Positions 44,831 through 54,547 of a DNA stretch of 64,000 nucleotides are shown here, in pieces (the first letter of the stretch is position 1; each line of letters begins with the position of its first letter). This DNA comes from a virus (Duplodnaviria > Caudoviricetes): positions 1 to 64,000 of the IMG/VR virus record IMGVR_UViG_3300043447_000415; one strand, given 5' to 3'. The notes under the pieces are model-generated. The model saw only the letters and a list, made by a program, of their open reading frames with translations, did not search any database and had not been told where the DNA came from. The position numbers and the translations under genes were made by a program.

Positions 44831-47800
44831 TTATCGATACAGCAGGCCGCCAGGGCGCTGCTGCGTAACCATTTCTTCCATCACCACGCCACGCACCTTG
44901 CTGGCCACCCGCTTCCAGGTCTCGGCATCATCACCTTGGCCAGAAGAGGTCTCGCTTCCATCCTTGTTGACGACGATGTTGATGACCACGCCGCCTTGGT
45001 TGGTGGTCGTGTTGTTGCTGCCTGTCATCGTGACGGGGATGCTGCGGCCGTCAGGCAGTGGCACGTAGGCTTCGTTCATGGAGCCTTCACCGAAGAGCGC
45101 GAGCTGCGGGCTTGTAGCGATGCCGCCCTTGGCGTACTTGTTCAGTGGCATGGAGCCCATAGCGGACATGACGCCACCTTTGGCAAAGCCGAACAGGCTC
45201 ATGCCCAGTTTGAGCAGGTCGCCCATTCCACCGCCGCCACCGCCGCCACCGCCGAACAAGCCCATGATGCCGTCGAGCATACCGGACAGACCGCCCTTGA
45301 GGCTGTCGAAGAGGCCACCCATGGAGCCCTTGAGCGTGTCCCAGACAGTCGAGAAGTTTTCCTTCACCGAGTCCCAGACGCTGCTCAGCTTTTCCTTTAC
45401 GGCCGTGAACATCTCTTCTTCCGGGTTCTTCAACTTTCCGGACGTGGCGTTGATGACGTGATATGGAGCGTTTGCGGAGCCGTCGGCTTTGCCGGAAGCT
45501 CCAGCGCTTCCCAGGCCCAGCATGCCGCTCATCATGTTGGCGAAGCCGCCGGTCACGCTCGTCACCGCATCGCCCAGTACGTTGCGAATCAGGATGGTGT
45601 TCACATCCTTCAACGCACCGATCACCAAGTCCTTGAACTTGCCAACCTTCTCACCGTTCATCGCCTTGGTAATGTAGTCCATTGTCTGCTGCGCCCAGTT
45701 GGCCGAAGCCTGGTTCATCGCATCGACGGAGTTGCGCCAGCTATCGGCGAGCTTGTCGAGCGCCGACTTGGCGTTCTGCATGTAGCGCAACCATGCCTCG
45801 GAGCGGTACTGCGAGCCGGCATCCTCAAGATGGTTCAGTTCGCTCTGGTAAGCCGCGAAGCTTATGTGACCCGCCTGGAAGCGATCCTCGAGCGCCCACA
45901 GCTTCGCGTCTTCGTTGAGGGTGAACTCGCGCAGCTCTTCCTGGTAGGTGGCCACGGCCACCTGCTTGTAGTCCATCGTCGAGCGCATCCGAGCGATCTT
46001 CGAGCGCTCCACACCCTTGACCGTGTCCTCAACGAACTTCTTGTTCTCCTCGCGCATCTCGAACATCGAGCGCAGGTTGCGAGTCTCTGTTGCGTTGGCT
46101 ACGGCCTTGTTGCGCTGCGCCTCGATGCGCTGGTATTCGTCGCTGGTCTTGTCCAGTTTCTTGAGCAGCTCGTCGTACTTGGCGATGACGGAATTGAGCG
46201 CCTTGCTTTCCTTCGAGATACCGTTCGTTGCCGTCTCTTCACGAGCGGCGTCCAGGTCGCGCAGTGAGTCGGCGAGCAGGTTGTTCGAGGTTTCCTGAGC
46301 TTTGTTGGCGTCCTTGTAGCGTTGCTCCGTGGTCAGGTTGTTGATGATGTCCAGAACTTGCTTGCTCTGCGTCTCGGTCAACTTCAAGCCTGCGATGAAG
46401 TCATCGACGGACTTCTTGCCGTTGACGACTTCCTTCATGAACTCCGCAACGAAGCCTTTGCGTTTGTCGATGTTGCCAAAGCGCACCGGCACCTTCTCTT
46501 TGCCTTCGGCGTCCATCTCCTTGGTGTCGAACTTGCCCTCGGCGATGTCACCCAGCACGCCAACGGCGATCTGGTTCTTGATGTCGCCGATCTCTTTCGA
46601 GCCGATCAGAGCCTGCTTGTAGGCGATCAGCGCTTCAGCGGCGGCCGCTTTGGCACGCTCGGCTTCACGCAGGATCGGGTCTTCCTTCAGGTTGGGTTTG
46701 TCGTCCTTGCGAGTGGTGGGCACGCGGCCCAGCGACTGCTCGGCCTGCTTGATGGCGCTGCTCGTCTCTTCGATCTTGTCGTTGATGAACTTCAACTGCC
46801 CTTCAAGCGCCTTGCGTTTGGAGGGATCGGTTTCCGTCTTGAGAATGCCTGCAACCTCAAGCTGGCGCTCTCGTGCGTAGTCGAGCAGATAGCGTTCGCG
46901 AGCGATCACCAAGGCGTTTTTCTTGGCGGTGTATCGCTTGCTGATGGCGTCTTCTTCGGATTCAGTCAGCTTCTTGCCGCTCGCGGCAGCGGCGCTGCGA
47001 GCCTTGTCCAGCTCGGTGCGTTCCGCCTTTGAAAGCTCTGCCGCTTCACTGCGCAAGGCGTCAACCTTGCCCTCTGTGGCGCGACGGTATGTACGCTCGA
47101 ACTGAGAAACTGATCGTCCGACAGTTTCCTCATCCAGCAGTCGCGTCTGTTCGGCAGATTGTTTGGTGGCTTGCTCGTATACGGCGTTGCGCTCAGCCAA
47201 TTGCTTTTCGAGCGATGCTCGGTAAGCCGCCACATCAGCACCGCCCCGCGAATCACGGAAACCGGCGCCCAGCGCACGACTGATCGAACGAGCGGACGTG
47301 TCACCGTCCTTGTCCAGGTCGTTCAGAACCGTCTTGAGAGTCTTGATGGCTTTAGCCGCCTCGTTGGCCCGATCCGTGGCTTTGGCCAGGTCGTCCTTTG
47401 ATGCAACGCCCGCCTCGGTGCGCTTGACAACCTCCTGGAACTCCTTCCAGCGGTTCATGTACTCCCAGAGCTTCTGGCCGAGCGTGACGAGCACGCCGAT
47501 CGCGATACCCACCCAACCTCCGAAGGCATTGAAGAGCACGCCGGCGCCAGACATGGCTCGAGACAGGATACCCACCCCGGTCGCTGCGTTGGTCGCGGCC
47601 GTAGCTTGCTGACCCAGCAGACTGGCCATCATGCGAGCGTGTTGCGCCGCCAGCGCTGCGGACTCTGCCTGGCGATTGTTGGCAGTTGTGGCGTTGCGAG
47701 TTGTCTGAATCGATTGCAAGAGCGCGGCGTCGCGCGCCTTAATTGCGGCGATCTCAGCCTGAACTGCGGCGATGTTGCCCGCGTTGACAGCGGCGTTTGT

Positions 47801-49261
47801 GCCAATTCGTTCAGCCTCAGTGTTCAAGCCTCGAGCGGTCGCGCCGGAGCCGGTCTTCTTCTGACGCATTGCCGATTCGGCGGCGAGTTCGGCAGCCATT
47901 TGCTGACCCAGGAACTTCTGCTGAAGCGCGTTCAAAGATTGGTAGTGAGCGACGCGGCCGGCAAGCTCTTTGGCCAGCGCGGCACGCTGACGCTCCGCCT
48001 GCTTGACCTGCTCGGCGGCCAGCTTCTGTTCGGCTTGCTGCTCGGAGGCCACTTGCTTGTTGAGCATTGCCTGACGCGCCGCGAACGAGCGTTGCTCTTC
48101 GGCGATCTCGTTGGCAATGAGAGTCTGCTTGTTCGCCAGAGCGTCGCGCTTGGCTTGCACGTCCTCGCGATACTTCTCGATCTGCCCATTGATCGCGCCC
48201 TTGATTGCGCCAGTCAGTGACAGAACCCGAGTGACGGCGAAGTATCCGATAAAGGCTTTTCCGGCGAGCTCGATTGCTCCCGCCCACTCGATGACAATAT
48301 CGACGATGCTTCGGAGCAGTCGCACGATGTCAGCCAGGCCCGTCCCGAGATCGTTGGCGAAGCGTTTCGCCGAGCCGGTGTCGAACATGGCGATCATGTC
48401 CTGGAGCTGCTCTTTGGCTTCCTTGAAGAAGTCGTTCTTGCCCGCCTCGAGCTTGAACAGCTCGAACTTGGTGTTAAGCAGCGCCAACATGCCGGTCCAC
48501 GAGTCCATCATGGCTTCGGCTGCGCCGTCGTTCTCGAAGCGCATCACCAGGAACATGTTGCGCAGCGCGGTCGTTGCCTCAACGGTGCCGGTTTGCACGA
48601 GCTTGGTGAACTTGGGCATCGACATGCCGGCGCCCTGGGCCATCATGTTGATCGCGTTGGGCACAGCTTCACCCAACTGCTGGCGAAGTTCTTCCATCGA
48701 GATCACGCCCTTGCCGGACATCTGCTGAATCGCGATGGAGGCACGGTGCATGGTTTCGGAGGTGCCGCCGAACTTGGCGACCGAGTCCACCAGGGCCTTC
48801 ATGCTGCCGTCGGTGGGGTCCAGACCGCCCGACTTCAGCTTCACGAAGGCATCGGTCAGTGTTTTGACATCGAACGGCGCGTTCTGCGCCATGTTGAAGA
48901 TGAACTTGACGTTGTTGAGCGCCTCGGCTTCACGGGCGGCCTTGCTCGTTTCCTTGCTCATGCCCTCCATGAGCTTGGTCATCTTCTCAACCTCGCCCGA
49001 GGTCTTCAGAATCGCGCCAGGCAGCGCCATGAAGATGTCGTGAACATCGTGCAGCGCATAGCGGAGCATCGAGGCGGTCTGCACCACGGAACGGAATCGG
49101 CCTCCGAGGCCAGTGAAGTGCTTCTCCAGCGCTTCGGTGGAGCGAGAGGTGCGGTCGATGGCACGCTGAAGCTCCTGGATCGTGACGCCAGCTTTCTGCG
49201 TCTGAACCACGAACTGATTGTTGTCCAACGACAACACAACTTTGATTTCGCCACCGAGCAT
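44831..49261 (-). CDS. Tail tape measure protein
   Basis: 1476 aa helical protein, APFDVKTLT...QMSGKGVISMEELRQQLGE, C-terminal AKGG...GEGSMNEAYVPL and QQRPGGLL. Confidence 0.93.
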   Translation of the reverse strand: MLGGEIKVVLSLDNNQFVVQTQKAGVTIQELQRAIDRTSRSTEALEKHFTGLGGRFRSVVQTASMLRYALHDVHDIFMALPGAILKTSGEVEKMTKLMEGMSKETSKAAREAEALNNVKFIFNMAQNAPFDVKTLTDAFVKLKSGGLDPTDGSMKALVDSVAKFGGTSETMHRASIAIQQMSGKGVISMEELRQQLGEAVPNAINMMAQGAGMSMPKFTKLVQTGTVEATTALRNMFLVMRFENDGAAEAMMDSWTGMLALLNTKFELFKLEAGKNDFFKEAKEQLQDMIAMFDTGSAKRFANDLGTGLADIVRLLRSIVDIVIEWAGAIELAGKAFIGYFAVTRVLSLTGAIKGAINGQIEKYREDVQAKRDALANKQTLIANEIAEEQRSFAARQAMLNKQVASEQQAEQKLAAEQVKQAERQRAALAKELAGRVAHYQSLNALQQKFLGQQMAAELAAESAMRQKKTGSGATARGLNTEAERIGTNAAVNAGNIAAVQAEIAAIKARDAALLQSIQTTRNATTANNRQAESAALAAQHARMMASLLGQQATAATNAATGVGILSRAMSGAGVLFNAFGGWVGIAIGVLVTLGQKLWEYMNRWKEFQEVVKRTEAGVASKDDLAKATDRANEAAKAIKTLKTVLNDLDKDGDTSARSISRALGAGFRDSRGGADVAAYRASLEKQLAERNAVYEQATKQSAEQTRLLDEETVGRSVSQFERTYRRATEGKVDALRSEAAELSKAERTELDKARSAAAASGKKLTESEEDAISKRYTAKKNALVIARERYLLDYARERQLEVAGILKTETDPSKRKALEGQLKFINDKIEETSSAIKQAEQSLGRVPTTRKDDKPNLKEDPILREAERAKAAAAEALIAYKQALIGSKEIGDIKNQIAVGVLGDIAEGKFDTKEMDAEGKEKVPVRFGNIDKRKGFVAEFMKEVVNGKKSVDDFIAGLKLTETQSKQVLDIINNLTTEQRYKDANKAQETSNNLLADSLRDLDAAREETATNGISKESKALNSVIAKYDELLKKLDKTSDEYQRIEAQRNKAVANATETRNLRSMFEMREENKKFVEDTVKGVERSKIARMRSTMDYKQVAVATYQEELREFTLNEDAKLWALEDRFQAGHISFAAYQSELNHLEDAGSQYRSEAWLRYMQNAKSALDKLADSWRNSVDAMNQASANWAQQTMDYITKAMNGEKVGKFKDLVIGALKDVNTILIRNVLGDAVTSVTGGFANMMSGMLGLGSAGASGKADGSANAPYHVINATSGKLKNPEEEMFTAVKEKLSSVWDSVKENFSTVWDTLKGSMGGLFDSLKGGLSGMLDGIMGLFGGGGGGGGGMGDLLKLGMSLFGFAKGGVMSAMGSMPLNKYAKGGIATSPQLALFGEGSMNEAYVPLPDGRSIPVTMTGSNNTTTNQGGVVINIVVNKDGSETSSGQGDDAETWKRVASKVRGVVMEEMVTQQRPGGLLYR

Positions 49262-49271
49262 TTCGCTTCCT

Positions 49272-49559
49272 TTACATCGTCGCCGCCATCAGCTTCAGCT
49301 CTGCGAAGCCTGCTTCGTCGCGCACCGCTTCCACTACCGAAGGCTCTTTGATTACATCTCCAATTTCGATAATCAGCCTGTCCTGACATTCCCGAACGCC
49401 CTCGGCGCTCTGGGCTGCCGCTGCGGTCGAAAGGCGCCGCAAGTCATCCCCTGCTCTGATGCGACGAATGTTGCCGCTCAGCAGCCAGAAGGTCTTGATG
49501 GGGATGGCCATCAAGTCCCGATATGGCATCGAATAGAAGTGGCTTACCTCGCAGAACAT
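49272..49559 (-). CDS. Tail assembly chaperone T part (read as GT fusion via -1 frameshift)
   Basis: In the -1 frame relative to G from the slippery site GGGAAAC, with no stop between. Confidence 0.75.
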   Translation of the reverse strand: MFCEVSHFYSMPYRDLMAIPIKTFWLLSGNIRRIRAGDDLRRLSTAAAAQSAEGVRECQDRLIIEIGDVIKEPSVVEAVRDEAGFAELKLMAATM

Positions 49560-49594
49560 GAAGCCGAAATCGACCTCACGCTCGGGTAAGCCCC

Positions 49595-49939
49595 TTACAC
49601 GTTTCCCGCCTCTGCCTGGCCTTCGCTTTGCGCCTCATGTGCGCCCACGATGCTCTCGGGACTCTCGCCGCGAGTGAATGCCGCCAAGCCCTTCAACTGT
49701 TCGAGCGACAAGCTCAGCAAGACAGGCGTGTCGATGGCGGGGATCGAGCGCTGAATCAGCTCGATGGTCGCCGACAACTGCTTTGCATAGCTCGTCTCGT
49801 TTTCCATCGCTTCCGCCACGCGGGTGGTCTCGATGAAATCTTCAACCGACATCTCCTTGACAACATATGTCTTTTCGCCAATTTGCACTTCGCGCACTTC
49901 CTTTGCGCTCAACTGATTCAAGTTCAACAGTTTTGTCAT
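49595..49939 (-). CDS. Tail assembly chaperone G
   Basis: Lies between tube and tape measure genes; slippery heptamer near its 3' end. Confidence 0.8.
   Translation of the reverse strand: MTKLLNLNQLSAKEVREVQIGEKTYVVKEMSVEDFIETTRVAEAMENETSYAKQLSATIELIQRSIPAIDTPVLLSLSLEQLKGLAAFTRGESPESIVGAHEAQSEGQAEAGNV
49601..49607 (-). other. -1 ribosomal frameshift slippery site G GGA AAC
   Basis: X XXY YYZ heptamer in frame two codons before the G stop; lambda uses GGGAAAG. Confidence 0.8.
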
Positions 49940-49960
49940 GCGTACTCCTTTGGGTTCATA

Positions 49961-49989
49961 AAAAGAAAAAGCCTCGCACTAGGCGAGGC
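49961..49989 (-). terminator. Terminator after tail tube gene
   Basis: GCCTCGC-N5-GCGAGGC then TTTTTCTTTT. Confidence 0.8.
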
Positions 49990-50024
49990 CAATTCTATCC
50001 GATTTCAGTCAGTTGTGAAAGAGC

Positions 50025-50897
50025 TTACCCGCCCACAGTGAACAGTTTGCCGTTGCCATCGGGATAGCCGGTGAAGTCGGTGTTGTAGACACGCTCGGTG
50101 TCCAGCTTGTAAGCGAAGTTCATCGCACCAGGCGTAGCGGCCAGAGGAATGACGAAGTCTTCCGACTTGTCGGTCAGAGGCTTGCCAACGGGGTGGATGC
50201 GGAGCTCGCGAGCGAAGCTCAGGAGGTCATTGCCCACGCCGGTAGGCACAGACACGGATGCGCCGGTGGGGTCTGCGCCACCAGTCAGGGCTGCGCCCGA
50301 CATCGTCACCTTCGTCAGAGCGGTGCCCGTCGCCAAGGTGAACGCATTGCCTTCGGTGCCTTTTTGACCAGCCAAACCATAGGCGAGTTGGTTGCCGTAG
50401 TTGACGGTAACGATGGCGCCGGCAGCCGAGTACGAAGCCGTGGCGATCTTTGGATCGGTCGAGGCGTTCAAAGCGGAGGCCAGGTTGGCGGCAGTGCTGG
50501 TTGCGGCCGCGCCGATGATGGACTCGACGCCCACGCCTGTCAGCGCGGTGCGGAATGTCACGGTCGTGCCGTTCACGATGATTGTCTCGCCTGCGGTGGG
50601 CTGAGTCGTCACGGTGATGGAGCCAGTGGCCACTGTTCCACCGACAGTGGTCAGTGTGGCGCCAGGCATGATGGACACGAGGTTTTCCAGCGTGGTCTCG
50701 GCCATTGGCACCTTGGCCATGACTTCACGACCCATGATGTATTCGTTGATCGTCGTGTTGCCGAACTGATCGATGTTGACTTTGTGTGTCTCAGTGGTGA
50801 CTGTGACTTCGACGCCGCCTTGGGTGTAACCCAGGTCAACGCCATCAAAGAAAACCTGGCAGACGCCAAGTTTCACGTTTTTTGTACTAGATGCCAT
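50025..50897 (-). CDS. Major tail tube protein with inserted domain
   Basis: KLGVCQVFFDGVDLGYTQGGVEV N-terminus, position before chaperones, followed by a terminator. Confidence 0.85.
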   Translation of the reverse strand: MASSTKNVKLGVCQVFFDGVDLGYTQGGVEVTVTTETHKVNIDQFGNTTINEYIMGREVMAKVPMAETTLENLVSIMPGATLTTVGGTVATGSITVTTQPTAGETIIVNGTTVTFRTALTGVGVESIIGAAATSTAANLASALNASTDPKIATASYSAAGAIVTVNYGNQLAYGLAGQKGTEGNAFTLATGTALTKVTMSGAALTGGADPTGASVSVPTGVGNDLLSFARELRIHPVGKPLTDKSEDFVIPLAATPGAMNFAYKLDTERVYNTDFTGYPDGNGKLFTVGG

Positions 50898-50993
50898 TGG
50901 AAGCTCCTTTGCAAAGGGTTTTTGAAGTCACTACTGAGTGACTTCGCCGGTGCCCGGACTCTACCACAAGTGGGTGTAAAAGTCCAGCATTTC

Positions 50994-51455
50994 TTAGAAG
51001 TAGGTTTTTGCTACATCGATCAGGCGGTTCATGATGCCTTTGGACACGTCATCGGCCGCACGCTCGAGAAAGCGTCCACCGACTCGTCCGCTGCCGGCGT
51101 TCTTGGCGGCCGATCGCTTGCCGAGGTTCAGCGGGCCATATGGGGTCAGGTGCTCGTGCATGATGTAGGCGTACTGAGACATTGGCTCGCCGTTGTAGCC
51201 CTCGGCGTCCATGTCAATGAAGACCGACAGCGCCTTGCGAACGAAGCGACCCCGCGAATCTCGACCGCCGCCACCGACTTGCATCTTGATGGCGTCCTCG
51301 AGGTTGCCGTGGTCGATCGGCGCGTAGCTGCGGGCGAGGTCTCGAATCGACCTTGCCTCGACCTTCATCTGCTCAAAGATGCCGTCAGTGGCCTTGGGGC
51401 CGATCTGACGCAGCATCACCATCAGTTCGTCGGCGCCTTCAAGCTGCATACCCAT
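50994..51455 (-). CDS. HK97 gp10-like tail completion protein
   Basis: ARSYAPIDHGNLEDAI; RFLERA. Confidence 0.75.
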   Translation of the reverse strand: MGMQLEGADELMVMLRQIGPKATDGIFEQMKVEARSIRDLARSYAPIDHGNLEDAIKMQVGGGGRDSRGRFVRKALSVFIDMDAEGYNGEPMSQYAYIMHEHLTPYGPLNLGKRSAAKNAGSGRVGGRFLERAADDVSKGIMNRLIDVAKTYF

Positions 51456-51837
51456 ACTTCGCTCCCGAGAAGACTGTATGGAAGTTGACCTGCACCTCGT
51501 AGAAGTTGCCCTCCGACACCGGGAACGAGATCGGCAGGCTGGTCGGGTACATGCGCTTGACCGACATGCCGTCGAGCTCCTCGTTGTAGAGAGTCAGGGC
51601 AAGCATCACTTCCTGCATCTTGGCAAGCGCCGTGGTGTATTCGGGCGAGCGAACCACCACCATGAAGGGCGACTTGAAGTAGCCAGGCAACTCATGGTCA
51701 ATGTCCACGCCCGACAGTGGGCTGCGCAGCATGATGGCGGTCTTGGCCTCCATCGGCATGAAGTTGATGAAGAGTGTCTTGCCCTGGGTGCCCAGGCTCT
51801 CGAACTCAAGTTTGTTGGCGATTGGCATCAAGTCCAT
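51439..51837 (-). CDS. Tail terminator / minor capsid-type protein
   Basis: Size and position in the neck gene series. Confidence 0.65.
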   Translation of the reverse strand: MDLMPIANKLEFESLGTQGKTLFINFMPMEAKTAIMLRSPLSGVDIDHELPGYFKSPFMVVVRSPEYTTALAKMQEVMLALTLYNEELDGMSVKRMYPTSLPISFPVSEGNFYEVQVNFHTVFSGAKYGYAA

Positions 51838-51839
51838 GT

Positions 51840-52184
51840 TCAGCTCCAGACCGAGGCGGTGATTTCGTAGTGATCCAGCGTGCCGCCCACCGAGTAGCGC
51901 GGGTGCTTGGAGAGAATTCGCAACTTGGCCCCACTCACCTCGATCAGGTCATCGATGCCGGCGACCGTCGTGGCGGCCAGCAGAATCAGCGAGTCGCTCA
52001 CCAGTTCCTTGGCGTTGCCTCGAGATGCGGAGCTGTCCGCACGAACGGCGCTTTTCATGTTGGTGGTCAGAAGGCGGACAACGGCGCACTGCTCGCGCAC
52101 CTTGGTGGCGGCCAGCGGCTGACCGTAGACATCCGTGCGACCGGATGCCACGGTGACGTAGCAGGTTTTGTTAGGTCGAAACAT
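51840..52184 (-). CDS. Head closure / head-tail adaptor
   Basis: TDVYGQP...DDLIEVSG..LRI beta-rich stopper-like pattern. Confidence 0.65.
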   Translation of the reverse strand: MFRPNKTCYVTVASGRTDVYGQPLAATKVREQCAVVRLLTTNMKSAVRADSSASRGNAKELVSDSLILLAATTVAGIDDLIEVSGAKLRILSKHPRYSVGGTLDHYEITASVWS

Positions 52185-52848
52185 AGGGGCCGATCTTCGC
52201 TGTTGCGTTGTAGTGAAAGACGGTCTCGGCGATGTCGTCGAAACTCGGATAGCCTGGTGTGGCGCCCGACATCGAGAAGATCAGTCCGTTGTTCTTGTGG
52301 CCCTCGTCGTCGTACATGACCTGAGCGAGGTCGCCCTCCCAGGAGAACCCGACCATCTGGAGCTGAAGCCATGTCTGGTAGGCGAACTGGCGGGCTTGCG
52401 CCTTCACGAAGGGGGCGGCCTTGAAGACGCGCCCCGATACGGAGGTCACATTGAATTCTGGTGTGGAGAGCTTGCGTTGCAGCAGCAGGCCCATTGCGCC
52501 ATGCAACTCGCCCACCGCATCCAGCTCACTGTTCTTGACGCCCTTCATGCGGCTGGAGAGTGACTGGATGTTTTCGCGGGTCACGCGAGCGAGCTCCTCG
52601 TTGAAGCCCTGGGAAAGCGCTTTGACCGTGTCCACGTCGCTCACACCGACGTAGTCAGCAATCGAGCGGCTGGCGGTCTTCAGGAACGTCTCACGCAGCT
52701 CCGACGCTGACTGCTCGAACTGAGTGACGAGCATCGGGGACACGGAGACCCCCGGCGCCATTACCGACAGGTAGCGGCCCGAGAGTGCGAAGAGGAAGAG
52801 GTCGTACTCCGACTTCAGGCGAATTGCGAAGCCTTCGTACTGCATCAT
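52171..52848 (-). CDS. Hypothetical virion morphogenesis protein
   Basis: ATGA overlap with the upstream gene; C-terminal VFHYNA motif. Confidence 0.6.
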   Translation of the reverse strand: MMQYEGFAIRLKSEYDLFLFALSGRYLSVMAPGVSVSPMLVTQFEQSASELRETFLKTASRSIADYVGVSDVDTVKALSQGFNEELARVTRENIQSLSSRMKGVKNSELDAVGELHGAMGLLLQRKLSTPEFNVTSVSGRVFKAAPFVKAQARQFAYQTWLQLQMVGFSWEGDLAQVMYDDEGHKNNGLIFSMSGATPGYPSFDDIAETVFHYNATAKIGPYVST

Positions 52849-53693
52849 CCACGTCCGATCCGCTTGGCGAAGCTCACGTAGTAGCTCAGGTAGCCGAGCG
52901 CACGCTTGCACACCGGCAGCGACAGCTTGGCGCCCTGGCCGAACTTGATCGTGCTCTCGCCGATCTTCTCTTCGACGATGCCTGCGTTGCGCTTTGCGTC
53001 ATCGGGCTCACCGCCCAGAATGGCGTTGGCCTCGACCACTTGAGCCTGGCGCAGCGCACGCTTGAACTTCTCGGGCAGTTGGTTGAACTGGGTCTCGTTC
53101 AACAGGCCCAGGTTGCCATTGAAGAGGAACAGGCTGTTGCGAGCCACATAGGACGACTGGAACGAGCCTTCCGGCACGTAGTTCAGGTTGTCCTGGCTAA
53201 AGTTCACGTTGGAGTTGAGCATGTTGAAGTTCAACTGGATGATGTGCTCTCGGGCATCCATCAGCGCGGCGATCTGGTCGCGCTCGCTGGCCGCGTTGAA
53301 GGCGGCGATGTTGGGGATGTCGAGCGCCATCAGTTGCGCCATCGGAAAGGTCTGAAAGCTCGTGTCGGGAATCTTCAGCGGATCGGTGGTCTCGATGGCG
53401 TAGGTCTTGCTGATGCCGATCGTTCCTGTGTCGGTCGCGCAGCGCAGCTCCACGGTGCGAACCTCGCGAGAGGCGGACGCCGTGAGCTGATTGGAGATCG
53501 TGGGGATGGCGACGACAGCCTGGCTGTCACCCGAGGTGAAGCTCGCCAGGCTGGCTTGTGGAACAAGCGCTACGCCGTTCATGTCCAGCACCGAGTACTG
53601 GACGGAGTTGACGCTCAGCTCGTTACCCGCCGCATCGACGAGGTCGATGGTGAGTGTGACTTCCGTGCCGGCAAGGTAGATGTCGAGCGCCAT
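52845..53693 (-). CDS. Head-tail connector candidate
   Basis: Ig-like N-terminus, helical C-terminus (AQVVEA...EEKIGESTIKF) typical of adaptor proteins. Confidence 0.6.
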   Translation of the reverse strand: MALDIYLAGTEVTLTIDLVDAAGNELSVNSVQYSVLDMNGVALVPQASLASFTSGDSQAVVAIPTISNQLTASASREVRTVELRCATDTGTIGISKTYAIETTDPLKIPDTSFQTFPMAQLMALDIPNIAAFNAASERDQIAALMDAREHIIQLNFNMLNSNVNFSQDNLNYVPEGSFQSSYVARNSLFLFNGNLGLLNETQFNQLPEKFKRALRQAQVVEANAILGGEPDDAKRNAGIVEEKIGESTIKFGQGAKLSLPVCKRALGYLSYYVSFAKRIGRG

Positions 53694-53696
53694 TGA

Positions 53697-54125
53697 TTAC
53701 TCCGTAGGGCCTTGATGTTTCAGGATCGCTTCGATCAGGCCAACGATCGAGGTGCCCTTGACGCCCTTCGGATCGGCGATGGCGCGAAGACCCGCGATAC
53801 CTTCGGCATCGGCGATCTTGGCCAGGTCGTCCTTGGAGTAGGTCGTGCCGTCGGCTGGAGCCTGGGCGGTCTTGGCTTGGGGCTCGGCAGGTGCCGACGC
53901 CTCGCTGGAGCTGCCGCCAACGAAGGCGGGCGAGTCCATGTTGTTCAGGTACATGTCGCCGACGTTTGCGGCCGAACCATCCTCCCAGTCAGCGCCGATT
54001 GCGGCCGAGATGCGGATTGCATCGATCGGCAGCACGTCGCCTTCCGACAGGCCGTCCTTGAACATCACCACGCCCATCTGGCCGGTGTAGTTCTCGAAGC
54101 CCGCTTGTGTGAGGCGCAGCTTCAT
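53697..54125 (-). CDS. Virion-associated protein, paralogue A, with C-terminal HeH/LEM-like helix pair
   Basis: MKLRLTQAGFENYTGQMGVVMFKDGLS; ends YSKDDL..IA...GLRAIA...LIEAIL. Confidence 0.65.
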   Translation of the reverse strand: MKLRLTQAGFENYTGQMGVVMFKDGLSEGDVLPIDAIRISAAIGADWEDGSAANVGDMYLNNMDSPAFVGGSSSEASAPAEPQAKTAQAPADGTTYSKDDLAKIADAEGIAGLRAIADPKGVKGTSIVGLIEAILKHQGPTE

Positions 54126-54463
54126 TTGGCGACCTTCTTGGCTTGATCGGCAGCTTCTTGGGCTGCGGCTTGAGCGGCAGCTTCTGCGGCGTCGGCTTCA
54201 GCACGCTCGCGGTCGGCTTCTGCGGCCAGGCGCTCGGCTTCGGCTGCTGCCTGTTCGGCAGCAATTCGCTCGTCTTCGCCAGCCTGATCGGCAGCGGCCT
54301 GGTCGGCTTCCGAGTCCTCGAAGGTCTCGGTGATGAACATGGCGGCAACGTAGGCGGCCTGCTGTTCGCTGGCGTCGCCGACGGATACGCCGTTGTCGAA
54401 TTTCACGTCTCCGAGCAGACCCGTGAAGGTCTCGTAGCCAGATTGAATAATGCGGATTTTCAT
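54122..54463 (-). CDS. Virion-associated protein, paralogue B, with Ala/Glu helical tail
   Basis: MKIRIIQSGYETFTGLLGDVKFDNGVS. Confidence 0.65.
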   Translation of the reverse strand: MKIRIIQSGYETFTGLLGDVKFDNGVSVGDASEQQAAYVAAMFITETFEDSEADQAAADQAGEDERIAAEQAAAEAERLAAEADRERAEADAAEAAAQAAAQEAADQAKKVAK

Positions 54464-54477
54464 TGGGGACTCCTTAC

Positions 54478-54511
54478 AAAAGAAAAGGGCGAGCCTTGTG
54501 AGCTCGCCCTT
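54478..54511 (-). terminator. Terminator after major capsid gene
   Basis: AAGGGCGAGC-N7-GCTCGCCCTT then TTCTTTT. Confidence 0.8.
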
Positions 54512-54547
54512 GATTCTACGTCAGTTGTGACTGACTCGCAACACCGA

